64,000 bases of DNA from contig CAVTZU010000023.1 in assembly GCA_963739305.1 (NCBI GenBank), positions 1-64,000 of the forward strand, written 5' to 3'. The notes under the pieces were generated by a model, which made no database searches, had not been told where the DNA came from, and saw only the letters and a list, made by a program, of their open reading frames with translations. The number at the start of each line of letters is the position of its first letter. Position 1 is the stretch's first letter. Origin of the DNA: Candidatus Bathyarchaeota archaeon (lineage in GTDB: Archaea; Thermoproteota; Bathyarchaeia; Bathyarchaeales; Bathycorpusculaceae). Made by a program: the position numbers and the translations under genes. Shown one piece after another: positions 10,948 through 20,518 of this stretch.

Positions 10948-11060
10948 AACCAACCAAACCAAAAAAACGACGATGCGGAAAAGTTATAGCCGAACCAAGC
11001 AACAGAGCTAGATTTTGACCTAGCGTGAACGAATAACACGATGCGGAGGTGAACGAAAAT

Positions 11061-11381
11061 ATGAATGTCGTCTCCGTTTCAACATACGTGGTCAAATATG
11101 AAAAGCGAACAGAATTCCAGGCCTTAGTGAGAAAATTCCTCAAATTCAAGAAGGCAAACCCTAAGCTATTTGAAGGAGTGAAATTCCGACTTTTCCAGCA
11201 AGAATACGGTGGAGTAGTTGGCTCATACGTTGAAATGTGGGAATTCAAAGGCAAAGAAGAGATGGAGAAGTTCAATGCAACAATGATGAAACACAAAGAG
11301 ATGAAGGAGATTGAACCAGAATTCTACAAAATGATAGACCAAATAACATTCACGTCGTCAATATGGAACACTGTCGTGTAG
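11061..11381 (+). CDS. Small dimeric alpha+beta barrel (NIPSNAP/ABM-like) protein
   Basis: GGAGGTGA SD; YVVK...YVEMWEF pattern. Confidence 0.7.
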   Translation: MNVVSVSTYVVKYEKRTEFQALVRKFLKFKKANPKLFEGVKFRLFQQEYGGVVGSYVEMWEFKGKEEMEKFNATMMKHKEMKEIEPEFYKMIDQITFTSSIWNTVV

Positions 11382-11505
11382 GCCAAAAACAGACAAAAAG
11401 TGACACAACAATTCTCTATCACGCTCAAGCGAGTTTGACCCGTTGGTTCCACGAGAAAGCTATTTTAGCCCTGGGTTTTACTGAAGCAACCAAGAGGAGT
11501 CGTCT

Positions 11506-12264
11506 ATGAACATCAAGTTTAAACAGGATTTCATTGTTCTCTGGAAGAGATTCTTCGACGAAGCTGAACTTCCCATCGCCTTCTACTACACAGATGAAGA
11601 AGGACAAGCAGAACTAGTGAACCCCCACACAGTTCAGAGATGCATCTTCCCAGCACTTTCACTCGTAAGGAAGGGGAGAGCTCTGTGTTTTGATGCAGAG
11701 TCAATCGGCTGTTTTGGCGGACAACTGTGTCTGGGTTTTCGTGAAACAGGAGAGCCTGACGATAAATACTTCCTCTCTTGTGGGATTCCTGGAAAAATCA
11801 AGGGTGAGCGTTACAAGAAGACGCCTGAGATTGCTGCCGAGTGGCTCAAGCTTATGCCGTCGTTCAAGGCTCCAGCAAGGTTCATAGTTTTCAAGAGGTG
11901 GGACTCATTGAATGAATCGGATGAACCTGACGTCGTAATCTTTTTCGCATGTCCCGATGTCCTTTCAGGCCTCTTCACATTAGCGAATTTTGAAGAGACG
12001 GAACCTAATGATGTTTTCACTCCATTCACTTCGGGGTGCGGCTCAATCGTAACGTACCCATTTCTTGAGGAAGACTCTGTCCGTCCAAGAGCGGTCATAG
12101 GATTGTTTGATGTCTCAGCACGGCCCTTCATTCCAGAGAACACACTCTCGTTTTCCGTACCCATGCACAAGTTCGAGCGTATGGTTCGCAACATGGAAGA
12201 AAGCTTCCTGACCACAAACTCTTGGAAGGCGATAAAGGAAAGAATTCAAAGGGCACCAAGATAA
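11506..12264 (+). CDS. DUF169 family protein
   Basis: ELPIAFYY, GCFGG, GERYKKTPE, PDVVIFFA, SGCGSI, FDVSARP. Confidence 0.85.
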   Translation: MNIKFKQDFIVLWKRFFDEAELPIAFYYTDEEGQAELVNPHTVQRCIFPALSLVRKGRALCFDAESIGCFGGQLCLGFRETGEPDDKYFLSCGIPGKIKGERYKKTPEIAAEWLKLMPSFKAPARFIVFKRWDSLNESDEPDVVIFFACPDVLSGLFTLANFEETEPNDVFTPFTSGCGSIVTYPFLEEDSVRPRAVIGLFDVSARPFIPENTLSFSVPMHKFERMVRNMEESFLTTNSWKAIKERIQRAPR

Positions 12265-12472
12265 AGCCTACGCCATAAGGCAAAGAGAACAACGGAAATA
12301 GAAGACAATTCCAATAGTCTTGCTAACACAGTTGACCCTTTGTTTCCTGGAGAAAGCACGAACGAGAGGGCTTGCCTACACCTTCCTGAGAGAGCATCTT
12401 CGCAGGGATGGCCGAAAAGCCACCCTACAGCTTCAGGGCTAGCTCGGAAGCCTTCACGGCGTTAATTTTTTT

Positions 12473-12490
12473 TGGGTAAAACTTTACCCC
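12473..12490 (+). repeat. Palindromic repeat family 1, copy C
   Basis: TGGGTAAAACTTTACCCC followed by CAAACCCAAAC. Confidence 0.85.
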
Positions 12491-12539
12491 CAAACCCAAA
12501 CAGTAATAGCAAACAACCCGCGCACGCATGGGCTTAGCG

Positions 12540-12761
12540 CTAACGGGTGAATTTCTGCCTTATCGCTTGGCTTGCGTACAGTTCCACTTTCCCGCAGTTC
12601 GGGCATATGTAGACGAGAAGAGGTATCATGTTCTCGCCTAATTCCGCCCATTCGCCGAACAACAGTTTCCATCCGCCACTTGTTCCACCAGTTCTGAAGG
12701 AGTTTTCTCCTGCAAACCGCATTTCAACACCGCATATCGGACAATTCTTGCTTTCAGACAT
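12540..12761 (-). CDS. Small zinc-ribbon protein
   Basis: CPICG...YICPNCGKVELY. Confidence 0.8.
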   Translation of the reverse strand: MSESKNCPICGVEMRFAGENSFRTGGTSGGWKLLFGEWAELGENMIPLLVYICPNCGKVELYASQAIRQKFTR

Positions 12762-12826
12762 GCCAAGTCACTGTTTGAACACTTGGGCTGTTTCCGTATA
12801 ACTATTTCGCAAGAACTGACGCTTCG

Positions 12827-13671
12827 GGTTCGCGCGCGCGTTGTTCTTCAGGCCTAGGATTCAGTCTTTAATACTGATTGCACTTTATCTATTTCTGCAG
12901 TAATATTGCGGAAAGGATGTGTAAGAAGGTTCAAAAATGAGAGAAAAGGGAATGGGCATTTTCAGAGTGACCATCGTAGTCTTAGCCCTAACTCTAGTCT
13001 TGGTTTCTACTCTCAATATCAAAACCGCTCATGCTCAGGCTGGACAAGTAACTCTCAAACCATCAGACGACACATACGTTAATTCATATAATCAAAACTC
13101 GAACTATGGTGGAGAAACAAGTCTTGAAGTGCTAAATGAGCACGTCTACTATGGGGGACAGAATCTCATTATAGCAGATGTAGTGTGGCTGAAATTCAAC
13201 TTATCTTCTGTTCCGAATGGGGCTGTGATTGACGTGGCTACACTTCAGTTGTATCTATCTAACGTTCAAGGAACCAGCAATGCTCATGTCTATTCCTGCA
13301 CTGATAGCTCATGGACGGAGTCTACATTGACATATTCCAACATGCCAAGTTACAATACAACGTCAATGGATTCATTATCAGTTGCGGTAAATAATCAATG
13401 GTATAATTGGAGCACAATTGATGCTGTTAAAAATGCTTTGAACAGTAATGCTAAAGCAGTAACGGTAATTTTGCTGGAACCATCTATTCAAGATTCTACT
13501 TCAGTTTCGTTTCAATCTAAGGAAGCTCCAGTCAATCTCACAGACTATTCTCCCCACCTAACGATTCATTGGAGTAATGTTGTGCCAGAATTCTCGACAT
13601 TCCTTGTCTTGCCACTGTTCATGATGGCAACACTATTGGCAGTCATAGTCTACAGAAAGCGCGCGCGAACC
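12827..13671. repeat. Perfect 13-bp inverted repeat pair bracketing one gene
   Basis: GGTTCGCGCGCGC at 12827-12839 and GCGCGCGCGAACC at 13659-13671. Confidence 0.75.
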
Positions 13672-13686
13672 GATGGCTCAGACTAG
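12937..13686 (+). CDS. Secreted DNRLRE/CBM96-like domain protein with PEF-CTERM-type sorting signal
   Basis: Signal peptide; PSDDTYV..NYG, LKFNLS, WTESTLTYSN, FQSKE; C-terminal VPEF + TM + RKR. Confidence 0.8.
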   Translation: MREKGMGIFRVTIVVLALTLVLVSTLNIKTAHAQAGQVTLKPSDDTYVNSYNQNSNYGGETSLEVLNEHVYYGGQNLIIADVVWLKFNLSSVPNGAVIDVATLQLYLSNVQGTSNAHVYSCTDSSWTESTLTYSNMPSYNTTSMDSLSVAVNNQWYNWSTIDAVKNALNSNAKAVTVILLEPSIQDSTSVSFQSKEAPVNLTDYSPHLTIHWSNVVPEFSTFLVLPLFMMATLLAVIVYRKRARTDGSD

Positions 13687-14184
13687 AACGCCTATCGGTC
13701 TGAACTGTCTTCTTTTGCCAACTCGGTATGCTGCGTAAATCCCTATCGCATAGGCTAGTAGGGTATATGTGAACAAAACACCAGGCGTCCCTGCCCATTC
13801 TGAAACGGAAAGGACACGGTTCAAGAGGAACGTTATTGCAGACCATATGGCAAAGCCGAAGATAGCTCCAAAGCCGACTGTCCATTCCCATTGCCAGAAT
13901 TTAAGGTTCTTAATCTTGTAAATTTTGAAGCCAGCATATGTTATGAGCGGAACTAATATGGTGTAGAGCAACGCGCCTTCCAAAGTGGCATAACCAGTCA
14001 GTTTGATGAAATAGTCTAGCCAAGTGAACAGAAGGAAGGCAATGTAACCCACTACTGCTAGCCATTTCATGAACCTGCCCGGAACCATTTCTTTTTGAAT
14101 ACCCGCGTAGGCTCTTAGAATGTAAGGTCCCGTCCGCTTTACTGGCTTAGGACAGTAGCGCCATAATCTTTCTCGGATATTCAT
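13678..14184 (-). CDS. Hypothetical membrane protein
   Basis: Four hydrophobic helices; 4 bp downstream of the HTH gene. Confidence 0.7.
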   Translation of the reverse strand: MNIRERLWRYCPKPVKRTGPYILRAYAGIQKEMVPGRFMKWLAVVGYIAFLLFTWLDYFIKLTGYATLEGALLYTILVPLITYAGFKIYKIKNLKFWQWEWTVGFGAIFGFAIWSAITFLLNRVLSVSEWAGTPGVLFTYTLLAYAIGIYAAYRVGKRRQFRPIGVLV

Positions 14185-14188
14185 TGTT

Positions 14189-14668
14189 TCACTCTTCTGT
14201 TAACCTCTGAAAGAGCAATTCAGAAACCTTGGTTGGCGGCATTGACTCAAGGTTTTTTGGAAGCTGAATGTTTCGTTCTTCCATCTCGGCGACCAGTGTT
14301 TTTCTGCAGTTCTCAAGATGGTCACAGTTCGCGCAGTCGCCTTCGTGCTTGTACCAGACTTGAACTCCGTTTCTAGAGGAAAAAGTTATTATTGCTGGTG
14401 TCTTGAATTCGGAGCTGACGCCGGAAAGAATTCCAATCGCAGAGTCTACTGCTCCTACTTTTATTCTGTTCAGTTTGGCTGTTTCCATGAGTGCTTGTGA
14501 AACCTTGCTATCAGCTACATCCGCAGCTTTGTGGACTGTCTGGCGGCTTATGTCTAATTCCCTTGCTATTCCCGCCTCTAAGAAACCTCTCCTTTTCATG
14601 TCCCAAATCCTCAATTGCTTAGAAGTCAGATAACCAGCACTCAGAGCCATGATGATTCTCGTAAGCAT
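14189..14668 (-). CDS. HTH protein with C-terminal Cys/His cluster
   Basis: IARELDISRQTVHK HTH; HEGDCANCDHLENC. Confidence 0.8.
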   Translation of the reverse strand: MLTRIIMALSAGYLTSKQLRIWDMKRRGFLEAGIARELDISRQTVHKAADVADSKVSQALMETAKLNRIKVGAVDSAIGILSGVSSEFKTPAIITFSSRNGVQVWYKHEGDCANCDHLENCRKTLVAEMEERNIQLPKNLESMPPTKVSELLFQRLTEE

Positions 14669-14866
14669 CTAGATGCTGACAAACCTCATAAACCTTGCGG
14701 TATGCGCGCTTTCGACGTTTCTGCATCGATCGATCGTTTCCTCCAAGGTCTGTCCAACTTGGGTGTCTTGTTTGCACACTTTTTTCTATCTAGCGCGCGC
14801 TTCTCTGGTCTACGAACGAGGCATTAAATAGAATGTCGGAATATGCCATTCTGAGGGATCAACAGT

Positions 14867-15340
14867 ATGGGCGAGGCAGACGAGGATAGACAACGTGCCG
14901 AAGTCTTTGACGCACTCGGGCATCCTACACGCATAATTATTCTCAAAGCCTTAAGCGAGGGATCCTTGGGATTCGCAGATTTAAAGAAAAGAGTAAGCAT
15001 CGACAGTAGCGGGCACCTCCAGCATCACTTAAACAAGCTGAACGGTTTGATAAAAACAGATGAACACGGAGAATATTGCCTCTCAGACCAAGGAAAAGAC
15101 GCCTTGATCACCGTGCAAACCGTTGAGAACGTGGCTGGATCAGGAGTGAAGAAAAATGGAAAACGCACCGCCATTCTATGGGTTGTAACTGGTCTTATAT
15201 CAGGTTCTATCATTGCATCATTCGCTGACATTGTTAGACAGAACCCTTGGTTTCTTCTTTACATAGGTTTGGTCTTAGGGTGGGTTTGGGTGCTCACTGG
15301 AATTGCATCAGTACAGGTTAGAACTGAAAACAAAAAATAG
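14867..15340 (+). CDS. ArsR-type wHTH regulator with C-terminal TM helices
   Basis: FDALGHPTRIIIL...LQHHLNKL; two TM segments. Confidence 0.85.
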   Translation: MGEADEDRQRAEVFDALGHPTRIIILKALSEGSLGFADLKKRVSIDSSGHLQHHLNKLNGLIKTDEHGEYCLSDQGKDALITVQTVENVAGSGVKKNGKRTAILWVVTGLISGSIIASFADIVRQNPWFLLYIGLVLGWVWVLTGIASVQVRTENKK

Positions 15341-15367
15341 TCATCTTAGAATTTGGTGTGTGTGTTT

Positions 15368-15385
15368 GGGGTAAAACTTTACCCC
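15368..15385 (+). repeat. Palindromic repeat family 1, copy D (consensus)
   Basis: GGGGTAAAACTTTACCCC with complementary GT-rich and AC-rich flanks. Confidence 0.9.
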
Positions 15386-15442
15386 AACAACAACCCAAAG
15401 TTTTTAGCCCAAGGTTGCCGAAGATAGAGTTGATGATGAGAT

Positions 15443-15799
15443 ATGAAAATAGGTTCCATCGTTATCAAATGTAATAATTTCGACAAGATGTTGGCTTTCT
15501 GGCAGGAGGCACTTCGCTACGTTCCCAAAGAACCTGCGAAGAACGGCTGGGTCATTCTGCGAGACCCTAAAGGTAGAAGCCCTAACGTGTCTCTGGACAT
15601 CAAACGTGATGAGGAGCGTTTGGGAAGCAACAGGAATCCTCGCTTACACCTCGACCTCTATGCAGACAACCAAGAAGGCGAGGTGAAGAGATTGCTCAAA
15701 ATCGGAGCGACTCGTCATCCGCAGACGTATGAGCCTGATGATGACTTCCGTGTGTTAGAAGACCCTGATGGCAACCTCTTCTGCGTTGTTCAGACATAG
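15443..15799 (+). CDS. VOC/glyoxalase family protein
   Basis: FWQEAL, RLHLDL, VLEDPDGNLFCV. Confidence 0.9.
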   Translation: MKIGSIVIKCNNFDKMLAFWQEALRYVPKEPAKNGWVILRDPKGRSPNVSLDIKRDEERLGSNRNPRLHLDLYADNQEGEVKRLLKIGATRHPQTYEPDDDFRVLEDPDGNLFCVVQT

Positions 15800-15806
15800 G
15801 GTTCTT

Positions 15807-15824
15807 AGGATAAAACTTTACCCC
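15807..15824 (+). repeat. Palindromic repeat family 1, copy E
   Basis: AGGATAAAACTTTACCCC followed by CAAACCTAAACCCAAAC. Confidence 0.85.
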
Positions 15825-15868
15825 CAAACCTAAACCCAAACTTCTAGCTAAATGACACGCACTAGCGG

Positions 15869-16516
15869 CTATCGGTGATACTTCCGTCTCACGACATATG
15901 AGATCGGAAAGATGGCATACCAGGAGATCGTAGCCACCTGAGGTGCCGACAGGAAGAAAAACCCGATGTAACCCAGTGGTATCGACAAGAAGAAAAGCAC
16001 GGGTGGAATGGTGCTCGTGATTCGCATCCGATTGACTGTTTTCAGGTCCAAGCGTCCATCGATGAACTTGCGATCCTTCGTAATGTACCTCCAGGCCAAG
16101 GCTAGAAACGTCCCCGCCGCTCCCTGGTCCAATGCGTATAATGCGACGGCGAATGGGGAAATAATCCACATGTCAAGGAGCTTGGTGAAGAAAGGTATCA
16201 AAGTAATGGTTAGTAGTATTAACAGGTTCAGGGCCTTCAGTCTTCCGTCGTAGCCCCTAACATACTCGAAGTAGCGCTGGTGAGTGTTCCACCAGACGGC
16301 TATCATGGTGAAGCTCAATAAGTAGTTGACGAAGCTATTCCAGTCACCAGCTAGGAGGCTTGGAAGCATGGAGATGTCTTGGTTGGGACCGAAGGCTGGG
16401 ACCACCAGATCCAGCACGAGTAGGGTGAGAGCGAACGCGAACACTCCGTCGCTCAGCGCCAATATGCGGTCCAGTCCCCTTTCTTTGGCTTCTCTAAATT
16501 CGTCAAGCTCAGCCAT
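15869..16516 (-). CDS. TMEM175-family (DUF1211) K+ channel
   Basis: DRILALSDGVFAFALTLL, YLLSF..IAVWWNTH, LIPFFT. Confidence 0.9.
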   Translation of the reverse strand: MAELDEFREAKERGLDRILALSDGVFAFALTLLVLDLVVPAFGPNQDISMLPSLLAGDWNSFVNYLLSFTMIAVWWNTHQRYFEYVRGYDGRLKALNLLILLTITLIPFFTKLLDMWIISPFAVALYALDQGAAGTFLALAWRYITKDRKFIDGRLDLKTVNRMRITSTIPPVLFFLSIPLGYIGFFFLSAPQVATISWYAIFPISYVVRRKYHR

Positions 16517-16655
16517 ACGGGCTTTTATGTGGCGGTCGTTATTTTAGATTTATCTAGAATATTCTTAGCTAGCTAACTTTGTAAAGCTAAATGCGCAGCC
16601 CGCGCTAGCAGGCGCTCACACAATCAATCTTGTTTCTTCGTTAACGTCTAGTGCG

Positions 16656-17415
16656 CTATTTTGGTCGGTTAATGCGCCGCAAACCAAAGTAAGAAACAAC
16701 CGTGAGAATAACACAAACGGCACCGAAAACCGATATGTACACCAGTCTAGTTGCCTGCCACATGTTAGTCTCCGTTGCTGTCACCGACATCTCAACCGTT
16801 CCAGCAGGCGTCGCCAGACCAGTTACGTCGGGTGATTTCACGTACGCTTCAACCATGAACCCAGTGCTCTGATCATAATAAGTTCTAGTCGTGATCTCCT
16901 GACCTTCAATACACCCCCGTAACGTTAAGCAAATTGACGTTCCTATCGGCCCCAGCATACACTCCTACAACCGTCTCGTTTATCGTGGGCGAACCCGCCT
17001 GAGTTGAAAGCGGATCACCACTCTTCAGGTTGGCCGCAATGAGAAAACCAGACCCCGAATACGTGCCACCATTCAAGTCCACGCTGCTACTTTGAGATAT
17101 CTCAGTGCCATTGTTGTAGTGAACAGTCGAGTTCAAAGTAACCACCGTGCCAGCTACGTTTGTAACCTCCATTCTCGCCCAATCCACTTTCCTCTCTTCA
17201 GTGACGTACGAAGGTTCAGTCCCGTTCCCACTCCACGTAACAGTGAATTGACCGTACTTTATCCAGTCCCCAACCTTGACGCCAGGACTGTAGTTAACAG
17301 CCCGAACCAAAGAAGGCAAAACAACAAACGCCACAATAACTGCCAGAGCCAGGATCTTAACGCGAGCCCCAACCACTCTCTTCACCTTCAAACACCACAA
17401 CACGTAAACTACCAA
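16656..17415 (-). CDS. Secreted, C-terminally anchored protein (frameshift near 16915)
   Basis: Signal peptide, GVKVGDWIKY, YYDQSTGFMVE, C-terminal TM + basic tail across two ORFs. Confidence 0.7.
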
Positions 17416-17473
17416 CTATATCAAGTTAACCTCACAGGCTCAGGAACGACTTCTTACAAAATAATGTGTGCGT

Positions 17474-17491
17474 GGGGTAAAACTCTACCCC
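17474..17491 (+). repeat. Palindromic repeat family 1, copy F
   Basis: GGGGTAAAACTCTACCCC; CTAACGCGCGC follows at 17502-17512. Confidence 0.9.
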
Positions 17492-17520
17492 ACCCATTTT
17501 TCTAACGCGCGCCACTCTTG

Positions 17521-18801
17521 TCATGCTGTGTCTTTCGTTTTCTTCTTGATCCCCGAATCTTCGAACCTCTTCTCCAACGCCTTAGCGATTCCCTCCGGAA
17601 TCTTCTTCTCAAACGGCAACTCCTCAGCATTCAGCAGGCGTTCCAGTACCGTTTGACTAAGCTTGCCCGCCGGAGCAAAAGCCTCTGAACCGCACCACCG
17701 CAGGTCTTCCAGGTTCGTGTGCATAATCTGCGCCGCTCCCCCGCCCCGCGAAAGCATAACCGACGGAACCCCATACAGAGCGAAGGGCATGTGATCCGAA
17801 CCGCCCATTCCCAAGTCACTGGTAGTCTGAACCGGTATCCCAAGCTCCTTACTGACGAACGTAAGAAGCAACTTCAACTCCTCAGGCCCCAGCACCACAG
17901 CGCCCAGATTCCCAAGAAGAATTCCGTGAACATCAAAGTCAAGACAAAGCCTCAGATTCTTAACGTTCTCAGGATTCTCCGCATAATGGAACGAGCCGCG
18001 CAGACCAAGCTCCTCTGACCCAAATGCAGCGACCCTAAGCGTGCGCCTAAGCTTCTCACCCGCAAAAACCCGAGCCAACTCAAGCACAACCGCCGTTCCC
18101 GCGGCATTATCGTGCGCCCCCATCACGCTCCTCACAGTGTCATAATGTCCGCCTATGAGAATATCTTCATCCTCGACAGCCCCAGGAACCTCGCCCAACA
18201 CGTTCTGGCTCTTCGCAACCACTTTCTTCACGTCTGTAACTATCCTCAGCCTCCTTGGACCCTTCAACACATTCAAAACATCATCGTGAGCCATCGAGAC
18301 CGCAGGAACGTTCTCCTTCTCGACAAACTCTGCCCTCACTGAACGGTAAATCGTCGGAGCCAACGGAGTCCGCGAAGGATAAATCACAGCCAGAGGTCTA
18401 GCCTTCAACATCTTCTTAAAATCCTTCTCGTAGAGAAGAACACTCAGAACCGCAATCTTGTTCTCTATATTTTTCAGCGCGTCCTGCGAAGTTGACTCCA
18501 GCACAACAACATCGCCCTCGACACCTTCTTCTGGAGTTGACATCGAATTGCCCACTGCCGCAACGTTCAATTCCTTACCATCCGGCGTCGAAGCTTGTTC
18601 TCTCATGACAAGGCTCGTCTGAACCTCAAACTCCTGCATCCTGACGTTAGAAAGCCCAAGCTCCTCAAACCACTTCCTCACCTGCTCGGCAGCCTTCCGC
18701 TCTGAACTCGTCCCAGACTCCCTGTTACCGATCTCAGTGACAAGTCGTTCCATAAAATGATACGCTGAATTTGCATCAAACGATTTCATCTTTACCTTCA
18801 C
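17521..18801 (-). CDS. M28 family aminopeptidase with PA domain
   Basis: GGHYD, GAHDNAAG, GSEELGLRGS, GGSDHMPF, MHT. Confidence 0.9.
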   Translation of the reverse strand: MKVKMKSFDANSAYHFMERLVTEIGNRESGTSSERKAAEQVRKWFEELGLSNVRMQEFEVQTSLVMREQASTPDGKELNVAAVGNSMSTPEEGVEGDVVVLESTSQDALKNIENKIAVLSVLLYEKDFKKMLKARPLAVIYPSRTPLAPTIYRSVRAEFVEKENVPAVSMAHDDVLNVLKGPRRLRIVTDVKKVVAKSQNVLGEVPGAVEDEDILIGGHYDTVRSVMGAHDNAAGTAVVLELARVFAGEKLRRTLRVAAFGSEELGLRGSFHYAENPENVKNLRLCLDFDVHGILLGNLGAVVLGPEELKLLLTFVSKELGIPVQTTSDLGMGGSDHMPFALYGVPSVMLSRGGGAAQIMHTNLEDLRWCGSEAFAPAGKLSQTVLERLLNAEELPFEKKIPEGIAKALEKRFEDSGIKKKTKDTA

Positions 18802-18949
18802 CGCTGAAACTAGTCTGCATAATGATTTATAAGACTGACGTGTGGTGCCTCATCACTGAGCGTGTCAAGATAATCCTTGAAACAGGCATCAACTAGGGTG
18901 CTGACTAAACCAGAAGCATCAATCATGACTTTCGAAAGGAATCAGCAAA

Positions 18950-19357
18950 TCAAGCTTTGCTTTTAGGCCATTTGTATGCGTACCAGATGATCGAGGCATC
19001 AACGATGATTTTCGCAACCCAAATCAATACTGCGTAAGCATATGGATTCGTAAATTGCTCAGACAGACCAAATAGACTGAGAATAACACCGACTGTTCCC
19101 ATGACGACGTTTGCTCCGCGATTGACCGAGTCCCTTACGGTTACGGAAACGAATGCCATCACCAAAGGAAACAGCACAATGAATGCGTAACCAGCCAAAA
19201 GCTCCTGCCCAATGGCGACGCCCTGCAAGTTGCCTGAAATTATCTGCTCCACCATTCCTGGCTTCAGAAGCGTCAACAACATGATCCCTATGAAAGCGAC
19301 CTCTGAAAACAGCCACAACACTGAAATCCTTACTTTGTGCAAGATCAAATCTTCCAC
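18950..19357 (-). CDS. DUF6326-like membrane protein
   Basis: KVRISVLW...NRGANV...IIWYAYKWP. Confidence 0.7.
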   Translation of the reverse strand: MEDLILHKVRISVLWLFSEVAFIGIMLLTLLKPGMVEQIISGNLQGVAIGQELLAGYAFIVLFPLVMAFVSVTVRDSVNRGANVVMGTVGVILSLFGLSEQFTNPYAYAVLIWVAKIIVDASIIWYAYKWPKSKA

Positions 19358-19666
19358 CGCTCATCACCTCCCGATTCCTCTTCGTGCGATTCCACAATAT
19401 CATTTCAGGGCATATTAATAGTTTAAGGAAACCACAAAGCTCACGCTGAAGACGGTGCACAAACTGAAGCCCGCTTGCAGCAACGACCAATTCCTAAAGA
19501 AATGAGCTTCATTTCAGGACCGACTTCCACAACGCATGAGATTCCCGGCTTCTTTACGCAATGAAAGTCTACCTATTCTGCAAAACTCAACATACAAATT
19601 CAAACGGAAACCACAGCAAGAACCAACCAACCCCCCAACCAAAGCCCCAACCCCAGAACCACCCAA

Positions 19667-19765
19667 GAAAAAAAGACCGGGGGGTAGGGTCTTTTAGACT
19701 GCTTCCTAATCATAACCCATGTTGACCAGCCCCTAAGCAAGGACTCAGAAGAAAACTGAATTTAC
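19667..19765 (+). repeat. Conserved ~100-bp non-coding element, copy 1
   Basis: GAAAAAAAGACCGGGGGGTAGGGTCTTTTAGA-18 nt-CCATGTTGACCAG-26 nt-CTGAATT; inverted homolog at 29097-29194. Confidence 0.8.
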
Positions 19766-19895
19766 ACTTCAGCAAACCATAAACTAGCCCCGCCAAGCTA
19801 ACGCACGATCCAAGTCACCATCAAACCCAACAACACGCGCGCTAAAGAGACAACCTATTAAATCAAATCAGACAACTCTAGAAGCGTGAAGCACC

Positions 19896-20483
19896 ATGAC
19901 TGACGTCTACACGAGAAAAATCGGAGATGTCTGGTTCGGAGTAGCATCCGAAGACAAAACAGTCTTAGGAACAACATTCGCAAACAGCGAGAAGAATGCT
20001 CTGCAAGGATTAAGCGAAGCAGTCCATCACGACGTCTCCAAACAGACACAAAAGGAAACGGAATTCGCAAAACACGTAGTTGAGACGTTGAAAGACATGT
20101 ACGATGGAAAAAACGTCTCTCAAAACCTGAACGTAAAATCAAAACACCTCTCCAAGTATGCAACGAGAGTGATCGAAGCCGTATCCAAAGTCCCCGTCGG
20201 CTACATAACGTCCTACGGCGAAGTCGCCAAGGCCGTGGGAGGTGGACCGAGAGCCGTAGGACAGATAATGGCTAGAAACCCATTCGCCCCCGTCTGCCCA
20301 TGTCACCGTGTCGTCAAATCAGATTTAACGCTCGGCGGATACGGAGGAGGACTGAGCGTGAAGCTCGCGTTCCTCAAACGCGAAAGACGCGGCTACACAT
20401 CGGAGAAAGAGATTCCGTTAAACGGCAAGAAACTACTGGTCTTTCCCGTTGAACGCGCCATCAAGAAAGCCGAAAGAACATAA
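19896..20483 (+). CDS. ogt: Methylated-DNA-protein-cysteine methyltransferase
   Basis: SYGEVA, PRAVG, PCHRVV. Confidence 0.95.
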   Translation: MTDVYTRKIGDVWFGVASEDKTVLGTTFANSEKNALQGLSEAVHHDVSKQTQKETEFAKHVVETLKDMYDGKNVSQNLNVKSKHLSKYATRVIEAVSKVPVGYITSYGEVAKAVGGGPRAVGQIMARNPFAPVCPCHRVVKSDLTLGGYGGGLSVKLAFLKRERRGYTSEKEIPLNGKKLLVFPVERAIKKAERT

Positions 20484-20518
20484 ATCCCAATAACTTTCAC
20501 AAGAAACGAGGTTGTCAA

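Noticed and set aside
10841-11296. Long N-terminal extension of the methyltransferase ORF
   Set aside because: It is antisense to the 11061..11381 gene and crosses a repeat; the methyltransferase-like sequence starts near 10840
10008-17491. Palindromic repeats as a CRISPR array
   Set aside because: Spacing is 0.4-2.9 kb with whole genes between copies, and there are no cas genes
19667-19765. G-string element as an ORB replication origin
   Set aside because: No TCCA..GAAAC ORB core, no cdc6/orc1 nearby, and the skew does not flip at the site
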